Positions 11,493 through 21,770 of a stretch of 64,000 nt of DNA are shown one piece after another (within the stretch, counting starts at the first letter, position 1; each line of letters begins with the position of its first letter). The position numbers and the translations under genes were made by a program. This stretch comes from Caecitellus pseudoparvulus (lineage: Eukaryota > Protista > Bigyra: Bicosoecida). The stretch covers positions 434,001 to 498,000 of the forward strand of contig CBFFRQ010000081.1 in the NCBI GenBank assembly GCA_965644315.1, read 5' to 3'. Under the pieces are notes generated by a model. The model did not search any database. It was given only the letters and a program-made list of their open reading frames with translations, and was not told where the DNA came from.

Positions 11493-14085
11493 ATGGACAG
11501 CCCCAACGTGTCGGTGGTGTGCCGTGTGCGCCCCCTGCTGGGCAGCGAGGTGCGGGGGCAGCCCTCCGTGCTGGTGGCGCAGGGCAACGCCGTGCAGTGC
11601 TTCGACGACGGGCGGCACAGCGTGCCGAAGGGCGGCCCCTTTGCCTTTGACGCGGTGTACGGGCCGGATGCGGGTCAGGAGGCGCTATTCGAAGGCGTGC
11701 GCCCCATCATCGCGGGGGTCATGCAGGGGTACAACGGCACTGTCTTTGCGTACGGGCAGACGGCCAGCGGCAAGACCCACACCATCATGGGGGGGGACAT
11801 CTTCGACCACCGGTCAGCGGGCATCCTGCCGCGTGCCGTGGCCGCCATCTTCCAGCTGGTGGAGGCGGCGCCGGAGCACATGGAGTTCACGCTCAAGGTC
11901 AGCGCGCTGGAGATTTACATGGAGCGCATCCGAGACCTGCTGGCGCCGGCGCGCAACAACCTGCCCATCCGGCAGGACGACATGCGCGGCATTTTCGTGG
12001 AGGGCGCGCGGGAGGAGTACGTCGCGACGCCTGACGAGGTGATGGGCATCCTGGCGGAGGCGGTGGCGAACCGGGCCGTGGCGGCCACCGGCATGAACGC
12101 GGGGTCCTCCCGCTCCCACGCCGTGCTGACCATGACGGTGGCAGCGCGGGACACGGCCGCCAACGACGGCGTGCGCTGCGGCAAGTTGAACATCGTGGAC
12201 TTGGCGGGCAGCGAGAGCCTGCGCCGCAGCCTGGCGACGGGGCAGACGGCGGCAGAGGCTCGTATCATCAACAGGTCCCTGTCTGCGCTGGGCAACGTCA
12301 TTTACGCGCTGACAGGCGGCGGCGGTGGCGGCGGTGGGGGTGGCGGGCCCCGGCGCACACCCCCCGTCAGCGGTCGGGCCGCCACCCCCCTCTCCCTGCC
12401 CACGCCCAGCGCCAGTGACGGCGCCGAGTGGGACCGGGGCAGCGTCGTGTCCACGGGCACCGCCACCAGCTCCGCCACCCGGCGCCGGACGGGGCGCCAC
12501 ATCCCCTACCGTGACTCCAAGCTCACGCGCCTGCTGCAGGATGCGCTGGGCGGCAACGCCCGCACACTGCTGGTGGTGTGTGTGTCACCCACCCGGGCGT
12601 GCCTGTCGGAGACGCTGAGCACGCTGCGCTTCGGGGAACGCGCGAAACGCATCAAGAACACGGCCACCGTGAACAAAATCCGCACCGCCAAGGAAATGGC
12701 AGTGCTGCTGGGCAAGGCAGAGGCAGCCATCGACGCACAGGCAGTGCTCATCGCCGCACTGCAGCAGCAAATCCACGTGCTGCAGGCGGCAGGGGCGTCT
12801 CCCAGCCCGCCTTCCCCAGCCAGCAGTGCGGCGGGGGGGGAAGGCGGGCGTGACACCCCCCCCCGGGACCTGGCCGCCGCCGGGCCCGTGACGCACACAC
12901 CCCACCCCCGGCGTGCCTCCGTCGCGGCAGAGGACGCCCGGGAGGTCATCCTCCTGCGGCGCCAGGTGCGCGCCTTGAAGGAGCGCCTGGACGACGCCCG
13001 AGCCGAGCTGGGCGAGCGGGGGCAGGAGGTGACGTCCCTGTCAGCGTCCTTGGCCCAGGCAGACGCCCTGGCCGCCTCCCTCAGACGCCAGGTGGCGGCC
13101 CTGCAGGGGGGCGGCCGGGCAGGTGCGCTCGATGCCGGCGGGGGGGGGGAGGCCGCCCTGCAGGTGGATGCGGCGGCGGCCCAGGAGGAGGCGGAGGCTG
13201 CCTCGGCCCGTGTGCACCAGGCTGCCCTGCAGGTGGCCGCCCTGCAGCACTTGTTGGACCACAGCAGGGCTGTGGCGGCCTCTGAGGCGGCACGCCTGCT
13301 GGCTGCCGTGCGCAGGGCGGAGGCGGAGGGGGGGGTGGTGGTGGCGCCACCCCCCCCTCCGCCGCCCGCACGGGAGGCCCCCGCCGGCGGCTGGGTGGAT
13401 GATGCCAGCGATGATGAGGGCGCCACGGCGCAGGTGGAGGCGCTGCGTCGCAGGGTGCAGGAGCAGGAGGAAGCACTGGTCCATGCGGAGGGGCAGGTGA
13501 CATCGGTGCGTACGCCGCAGCCGCGCCACACACACACACACATGCACACACAAGCACGCTGTCGGCCCCTTCCCCCGCAGGCCCTCATGCTGCATCGGCA
13601 GATGAGTCGCAAGTACGCCATGATGGAGGCAGAGCATGCGCGGGTGGTGTCTCTGCTGGGCGACCGCGACGCCCGCATCCGGACACTGCAGGCGTCCACC
13701 GCACAGTGGGGTGCGTACGCCCCCCGCCCCCTGCCTGCCCACCACACACACACACACACACGCACACCCGCCTCCCACCTGCGCAGCGGCGGACCTGAAG
13801 CACCTGCGCACCGCCAACGCGCAGCAGAGCTCTGCCCTGGCCAGCCTGCGCGCAGGCGGCAGCAGCGGGCAGGGCGGACGGGCGTCTGCATTCACGGAGC
13901 CGGGCGGCAGCGGGCAAGGCGGGGAGGAGGCACCCCCCTCCCCGCCCCTGGGCCGTGCCATGGTGCGGGCTGTGCGAGGCGGCATGCCCGCCCCCGGCGC
14001 GCCTGACTGGACAGAGGGGGGGGAGTCCGCCGCCGGCGGCGCGGGCGGGCGGTCCACCCCCGATGAGGACTTGCTCCTTTTATAA
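11493..14085 (+). CDS. Kinesin motor protein, kinesin-1/heavy-chain-like, with coiled-coil stalk
   Basis: NVSVVCRVRP, P-loop GQTASGKT, SSRSH, DLAGSE, HIPYRDSKLTRLLQDALGGN, neck linker IKNTATVN. Probable introns 13506-13580 and 13711-13786. Confidence 0.9.
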
Positions 14086-14120
14086 TGTACCTCACATGCC
14101 ACTGCCACTGCTGGGCGTGC

Positions 14121-15845
14121 TCAGAGCTTGTCGGCGGCGCCCTCCCGGGGCAGCGCCGCCACTGCCCGCCGCATGCGGGCGGCGTGCTGGTCGGCCTGGG
14201 ACAGCACCGTGCGGCTGCGGTGCACCTCGGCAGCGCGGGCGGCAGCGGAGATGTCGGCGAACCAGGCAGCATGCGCCTTGCGTGTGGCCTCCCAGGCCTC
14301 GTTCATCCTCGTCAGCTGGTTGCCCAGCAGCTCCTTCACAGCGTCGCGCAGGTGCTCGACGCTGGCGCCGTCAGGCGGCGGGGCGGCGTCCGCCTCAGCT
14401 GGCGGTGCAGCGCTGGGTTTGGACGCCTCGACGCACGCCGCCAGCTGGGCGTGCAGGGCGTTGATGGCAGCCTCCACCTCCTCGAAGAAGCGCTCGTCCA
14501 CAGACGCCTTCTCGCCGAAGGCTGTCCGCAGCTCTGTGTCGTACAGGTCCAGCATGGCCTCTGCGTGGCCTGCTGCCGCCTCGGCACCGGCCCGCAGGGC
14601 GCGCGCCATCTCCTCTGTCGCCGCCTGCAGGTGGGGGCCAGGGACGGAGCGCTCACCGTGCGAGTCGCCGCGCGCCGCGGCTTTCACCTGCCTCGCGTGC
14701 TGCGCAATGAGGGCCTTGGCGGCGGCGTCGCTGTCGGCGGCCAGCACGCCCATGGCCGCGGCAAAGTGGTGCCCCTCCTGTGTGATGGCGGCGCCAGCTG
14801 CCAGGCCTCCACTGCGGTACGCCGCCGCCGCCTCCTGCACCAGCTGCTGGAAGTCTGTCATGAGTGTGAGGGCGCCTGGGACGCCGCGCAGGCTGGCCCA
14901 CAGCGGGTCCCCCACCGTGATGCGGTGGGGCAGGGTGGCAGCGGCGCGGCAGTTGGCAGCCGCCAAGGCCGCCTCGTCAGCCTGCGCGGCGTCAGCGTCA
15001 GACGCAGCGACGCGCAGCGCCTTGGCGTCCTCCTGCAGGCGGCGCACGTCGTCGGCTGCGATGGCGTTGTCCTTGACGGCTTGCCGCTCTGCGGGCGTGA
15101 CGCTGGAGAAGTCCAGGTTGACGAGCTGGGGGCAGTACGCGACGACGATGAGGCGGTAGTCCGTCTCGGCCGTGAGGGGGTTGCCTGCCAGGTTCAGCAC
15201 TCGCAGGGCGGCGCTGTGGTGCAGGGGCGCCACCTCCTTCAGGCTGGCCAGGCGGTTGCTGCCGAGGGACAGCACCTCCAGCTGGCGCAGGGCCTGCACG
15301 CCCTGCAAGTGCTGAATGCGGTTGCCTGTCAGGACGAGGTCTGTGAGGGCTGTGAGGGAGTCCAGGCCTTCAATGACCTCAATGCGGTTGAAGGAGAGGT
15401 CTGCGTGGGGGGGGAGCGGGGGCACCGCGCGTGCGCCTGCTGGCACATGCCACGCGCCTGCGCCGAGTCAACGCACCCAGCCAACGCAGCCTGACCAAGC
15501 TCGTCAGGCCCTCGATGCGGGGCAGCATGTTGTTGTCCACGTACAGCGTGTGCAGGGACGTCAGGTCGTCCAGGTTGGCAAGGCGCTGGATGCCTGTGCG
15601 TGGCCGCGGCGTGCGTGCAGCGTGCGGCGTGCGTGCAGCGTGTGCGCGGCGATTTCCGCACCTTTGAAGGACAGCCGCAGCTCCTGCACTTCCCGCAAGG
15701 GCGTCGGCTCCCACGTGCTGTAGTCAATGTGTTCATCTGTGTGCCGCTCCGTCTCGGCTTCTCGGATGGCTGCTTCGATCATGGCACCGTGAATGGCTTC
15801 CCCCTCCCGGGGGTCGTGCCTCGGCACCTGCCCACCCACCAACAT
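14121..15845 (-). CDS. DRC3: Dynein regulatory complex subunit 3 (DRC3/LRRC48)-like
   Basis: LRR array LRLSFK|GIQRLANL..LYVDNNMLPRIEGL..LRWL|DLSFNRIEVIEGL..LSLGSNRL..LNLAGNP followed by coiled coil. Introns 15661-15594 and 15476-15401. Start codon uncertain. Confidence 0.8.
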
Positions 15846-15989
15846 GCCGCCGCGAAACCCTGCACGTGTGCCACACGCAGCGTGGCGCTGCCTTGCCGGG
15901 CACACACAGGCGCGCGCCGTGTGCCTGCCTGAAGCGATGCATTGAACGGGTTGTGGCGCACAGCGTGGGGGTGCGCCGGCACCCCTGGC

Positions 15990-18511
15990 TCACGCCCGGG
16001 GCGCCTTGCTGGCGCTGGTGCCCTTGGCGCCGCTGAGGGGCCGCTTGCGCCCCCGCCGCCCGCCACGGCCACCCTCCTCCTCCTCCGCCTCCTCCGCCTC
16101 CTCCTCCCCCTCCCCAGCAATCAACTCCTCCAGCGTCTGCCCTCGCTCCCGCTGGATGCGCTCCAGCTGCGTGCGCTGGCTGCGCGTCAGCCGGGCGCCG
16201 CTCTTGGCGATGGCGATGACCTTCGCGTCTTCGCTGCTGGTGCTGTGAGCGGGGGGGGCAGCGGCAGGCGCAGTGCCGCCACCCGGTGCACCTGGCGGTG
16301 GCGCGCCCCCCTGCCCTGCACCGGGTGCGCCCCCCTCCCCTGCCGCCGCCGGCGCACCCTGTGGCAGGGCAGCGCCCTCCCCCAGGCCACCAGGGGCAGG
16401 GGCTTTGGGCTGTGACGGCTGGGCGGCGGGAGCGCCACCGGGGCGGGAGTCTGCCCGGATGATGTCCGTGTAGTACTTCCAGAACTGCTGCCAGCCGTAG
16501 ATGTACCAGTTCTCGTGCAGCTGGATGTTGCTGGGGCCGATGCTCCACTCGAAGTAGAACTCCGAGGCGACGGGGACGACGGGGGCGTGCCCTGCCCCAC
16601 TGCCGCCGGCGGCACCCCGGCCACTCACGGCATACTCAGCCCCTGCCCGGCCAGAGGTGCTGAGGGCATCCCCCCCTCGGCCACCGGCTGTGGGGGGGGG
16701 AGCACCGTACGGCCCTGACGGTGCGCCTGCGTGCATGTGGGCGTTGGGCAGCATGCCCACCAGCTCCCCACCCCCGGGTGCAGCGGCGGCAGGGGCGGGT
16801 GCGGCGGCGGCGGCGGGGGCAGTGCCGCCGGCGGCCGGCGCCACCCCTGCCGGGCCTGCAGCAGAGGAGTGGGGGGGCATGGAAGGGGGGGGCGCACCCC
16901 CCCCCCCTCGGGCCGCATCCACCGGCGGCGGCACAGCCGGCGGCGCCGCCGACACGCCCTGCCCCGTGAGGTCCAGGGTGAGGCCTGGGGGCGGCACGCC
17001 CACACCCCCCACATCCACCACCCCTCCTGGGGCGGCAGCCGCTGCAGGGGCGGCGGCGCCTGGTCCCCCTGCCGCCGCTGCCGCTGCCTGGGCAGGCGGC
17101 TGGGGGAGGGGGGCACCCCCTGGCCCCGCGGGGACACCGCCCTCCAGGATGTACGGCGCGGAGGGCGGCGTGGGGGGCGGGAAGCTGCCCAGGGGCTGCA
17201 GGTTGGAGCGGGAGGAGAAGTAGGGCACGGCGCCGGGGTGGGCGGAGGAGGGCGCGACGTCCCGCAGGACGTCATCGGGGGGCGGCGGCGCCTCTTCCAG
17301 CTCCGTGGCCAGCTTCCAGCGGGGCACCTTCTTGAGGGTGTGGAAGAGCTGGATGCGGGAGACCTCCAGGACCTGGTCCCGGGCCAGCTCCAGGAACTGG
17401 CGCTTGCCGCGCAGGTACACGTGCACCATGCAGGTGTGGGGGGAGGGCGGGTCGAAGCGGATGGGCCAGCCCGTCACGACGAAGTAGCGGTTCATCTGCA
17501 TGATGGTGCTGCGCATCTTGTTGGTGCGGGCGGCGAAGGTCATGAGGTTGCTCTCCAGCGCCCACCGCGCGGAGATCTCGTAGGGCAGGGACGTGTACAC
17601 GTTGCCGCCCATGCGGCGCTGCCAGATGCGGGCGCGCTGGATGAAGGAGTGGTTGCCCAGCAGCATGGCGCCCGCCATGGCGCCCAGCCCCTTGTAGAAG
17701 CACACGTACACGCTGTCGAAGAGGGAGCAGATCTCCGGCCAGTCCCGCTGGTAGTACGCCTGCGCCTCCCACAGCCGGGCGCCGTCCAGGTGCAGGCGGA
17801 TGCCGCGCTCCCTGCACCAGCGGGAGATGGCCACGACGTCTTCCCACGCCACGCAGGCGCCGCCGTTGTAGCGCTGGGGCAGCTCCAGGATCATGACGGC
17901 GCAGTCGTAGCGGAAGTTGGCCAGGGCCTGCCGCACGTCGGCTGCCGTGAGGACGCGGTTGGGGTCCCCCACCCGGATGTGCCGCATGCGCCACACGTGC
18001 TCGAAGGCGTCGTACTCGTGGTGCAGGAGGTGGGAGGAGGGGTGCAGCGCGATGAGCTTGCAGCCGTACACGTCGTCGGAGTGGATGCGCATGGCGATGA
18101 GCTGGGCCATGACGCCGGTGAGCAGGAACCTGTGGAGGGGGGGCGGTGGCGGGTGTGTGCGCCAGCGCAGCCCCTGCCGGCGGTCAGGCCCGCCACGCGG
18201 AATGCTGCCACGCCAGCACGCACAGGCCAGCCTCCTTCCCCAGCATGCGCGCCACGCGCCCCTCGAACTCGTTCAAGCCGTGCCCTGTCCCGTAAAAATC
18301 ACAGTCCAGGACGCCTGCGTGGGCGGGCAGCGTGCGCCAGGCAGCGTGTGCGGCAGGCAGGGCGCTGAGGTGCGCTGTTGCCTTGCTGGGTGCCGCCGCC
18401 GCACGCACCTGACACGCTGTTGGCCGAGTCTGCCAGCGTGGCCAGCGTCTCCTCCGCCGTGCGGCGCTCAAAGGGGCTGAAGACGTCCACGACGTCAGCA
18501 GAGTGCGCCAT
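15990..18511 (-). CDS. Low-specificity L-threonine aldolase (PLP, beta-eliminating lyase family) with long low-complexity insert and tail
   Basis: DFYGTG, FLLTGVMAQ, HPSSHLLHHE, LHLDGARLWE and the PLP lysine in DSVYVCFYKGLGAMAGAML. Introns 18408-18315 and 18223-18130. Confidence 0.88.
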
Positions 18512-18897
18512 GGCTGACGTGGGGAGGGCCGTCTTGCCGCTGCTGTCCAAGCGGCGCAGGGGCCGAAACGCCTGCTGAAACGCCGTGCAAGAAAAGCAAG
18601 GCACAGGCACGACCCGGGGACAGCGGCTGCCCAGAGCAGCGAGGGGGGGCGAGCAGGCGCGAGGAGGGACTGCGTGCTGTCGAACGTGTGTGTTGTGGGG
18701 AGGGGGGCGGTGCTGTGGCCTGCGCTGCACGGGGTGCTCGCCTCCTTGCAGCAGGCACATCTCACGGCGGCATTCAAACACAAGCACCCGCTGAGCACCG
18801 CCGGCCCAGCTGATTGACACTGCGCCCGCACGCCGTTGGCACGACTCGGCCTTGAACAGGCTGCTCCGTTCGGCCCCCCCCCGTCCACGCTTCCACC

Positions 18898-20982
18898 ATG
18901 AGCGCTCTGTCCTCCCTGAACCCAGGCGCTGACCACACCGCCCAGGCGCACGCGCTGGCCATCAACGTCTCGGCCGGCAAGGGCCTGAGCGAAGTGCTCA
19001 AGAGCAACTTGGGCCCCCGTGGCACCTTGAAGATGCTGGTGGATGGCGCTGGTACGTGGCGGGGGCCGTGCCCTGGGCAGACGCAGGCCGCCGGCGTTTC
19101 AGTCGAAACGCCCTTGGCCTGTCAGCAGAGAGGGCCACCCCAAGTGTGCGATGCTCACGCCCCCCTCCCCCTGGCGCCCCCGCGCAGGCGCTGTCAAGTT
19201 GACCAAGGACGGCTCCGTCCTCCTGCATCAGATGTGCGTGGGTGGGCTCGCCGTGGCGGCCGCCGCACAGCGCCCCTGAACCCAACGCCATGCCCAACGC
19301 CACCGCCAGCATGCAGCGCACCCTGCGCCCGCCGCCCCCGCCCGCACAGGCAAATCCAGCACCCCACAGCCATCATGATTGCACGCACAGCAACTGCCCA
19401 GGATGACGAGACTGTGCGTGCTGCATGCACGGCGCAGCGCACGGTGCTGCAGTGCACCTGTCCGTTGGAAGCCGCACAACCACGTCCGCCCACCCGCCGC
19501 CGCCGCCACAGGGAGACGGCACGACGTCAGCTGTCCTGTTCACGGGGGAGTTGTTGAAGTACGCTGAGCGTGTCATCAGCGACGGCGTGCACCCGCGCAC
19601 CGTGGCAGACGGCCTGGACATGGCCAAGGACGCGACGCTGGCCTTCCTGGACTCGTACAAGACGCCCGTGAGCGGCGAGGACAAGGAGCTGCTGCTGAGC
19701 GTGGCCAAGACTGCCCTGCGCACCAAGCTGCAGCCAGACATGGCTGACCAGCTCGCGGACATCGTCACGGAGGCGGTGCTGACGGTGCAGCGGCCGGGGC
19801 AGCCCATCGACCTGCACATGGTGGAGCGCATGCACATGGTGCACCGCAGCGACAAGGACAGCCGCCTGGTGAAGGGCCTCGTGCTGGACCACGGCGCGCG
19901 GGACCCCAGTGCGTGCCGGTGCAGCGCGTGGCGCAGTTCAGGCCCACCCCCCGCACCCGTCACCCCCCTCCCCCCGCACAGACATGCCCAAGCTGCTGGA
20001 GAATGCGTACATCCTGACCTGCAACATCTCCCTGGAGTACGAGAAGAGCGAGGTGACGGCGACGCAGGTGTTCTCGACGGCGGCGGAGCGGGACCGCCTC
20101 GCCGACGCCGAGCGCGCCTTCGTGGATGAGAAGGTGCGCCGCATCATCGACCTGAAGCGCAGCGTGTGCACGCCGGAGAACGGGCGCACGTTCGTGGTGG
20201 TGAACCAGAAGGGCATTGACCCGCCCTCCCTGGACATGCTGGCGAAAGAGGGCATCATCGGCATCCGGCGAGCCAAGCGCCGCAACATGGAGCGCCTGAC
20301 GCTGGCCTGTGGCGGTGTCGCCGTGAACGCGGTGGAGGAGCTGGACGCGTCAGTGCTGGGCTCTGCCGGGCGCGTGTACGAGCAGACGCTGGGGGACGAC
20401 AAGTACACGTTTGTGGAGGGCGTGGAGAACCCGTTCAGCTGCACCATCCTGATGAAGGGCCCCAACGCCCACACCATCGCCCAGCTGAAGGACGCCGTGC
20501 GGGATGGCCTGCGCGCCGTGCGCAACACAATCGAAGACGGCGCGGTGGTGGCGGGCGCCGGCGCCTTCGAGGTCGCCGCTGCCGAGCACCTGCAGGCCTT
20601 TGCCAAGAAGGAGGTGAGCGGCAAGGCCAAGCTGGGCGTGCAGGCCTTCGCCGACGCCCTGCTCATCGTCCCCAAGACGCTGGCGGAGAACTCTGGCTTT
20701 GACGTCGCAGAGTGCCTGCTGGCGGTGCAGGAGGAGGCGGCGCGCATGGCGGCTGCCGGCCCCAGTGCCACTGGCGGCGCTGCAGAGGGAGCAGCCGGCG
20801 CTGGCAGCACCGCCGTGGGCTTGGATGTGTGGAGCGGCAAGCCCATGCAGCCGGCGGCAGCGGGCGTGTGGGACAACCTGCGCGTGAAGAAGCAGTACGT
20901 GCACTTGGCTGCCGTGCTGGCGTCCCAGCTGCTGATGGTGGATGAGGTCATGCGTGCTGGGCGGGGGTCGCGATCGGGCTAG
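18898..20982 (+). CDS. CCT6: Chaperonin CCT/TRiC subunit zeta
   Basis: LKSNLGPRGTLKMLVDGAG, QIQHPTAIMIARTATAQDD, GDGTTS, LRTKL, NQKGIDPPSLD, DEVMRAG. Introns 19052-19187, 19234-19349, 19414-19511 and 19909-19981. Confidence 0.96.
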
Positions 20983-21770
20983 ACTGGCGTGCAATGCACA
21001 CACTTACGCATGTTCTTGAGCTACCTGCTTGTGTGTGGCTGTAGGTGGCGGTGGCCAGGCAGCTGGGCCGTGTGCGCAGGCCGTGGGTGGCCCTGCGCAG
21101 CACGCACTGCAGGTGGGCATATCTCAGGCGCCAGGTGGCGGCCGACAAAAATGATGATTTTTGGTGCATCCTGGGAGTTCTGGGCGGGTGATGGTGCACT
21201 TCGTTTAGAAATTCATGATGCGGTCACGGGAAAAATTCAGCTCGAAAAGTTGAAATTGAGAATTCTGGAAATGCCAGGTACGTTTATATGCTGGGTTGTG
21301 GACTGAGCTGTGTCGTAAAGTGCTGTTTCTGTCTTTTAGGATTCCTGACGCTGTTTTTGGGAACATGACCGCGCCAAACCCCCACGGCGCAATGAATGGC
21401 CAAGGTCAACCTATGCAGCGCCCCGTCTCATTGCCTGGCGCATGGTGGCTGCTTTTTTTGCACGTTTGGGTGATGGCGTGTGGTCCAGCCAAGGCGAAGC
21501 CCAACAGGCTTGCCACACAGGCAATTCACAATGCCCCACGAGCCCAAGGTGCCTCTGCGCCACTGCAATGTAGTTAGATGGCGTGCTGCATCGAGCATGC
21601 CGAGCAGTTGGGCCGTCTCTGTTGCGACTGCTAGAGTTCAAAGGCACGGGGCAACAGCGATTTCCGCAGCACACCTGCGTGGAGCGTGTTTGAGCGAGGC
21701 AGCACCACTGAGCAGCAGAGGGGCTGCACTTGGTAGCCCCTCACCGAAGCAACCCATCAAAGGGCAGGCC

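Noticed and set aside
20998-21200. U1-like snRNA (ACACTTACG... plus a downstream Sm-like site)
   Set aside because: Lacks ACTTACCTG, the U1-70K loop and the U1A loop, and the spacing is wrong.
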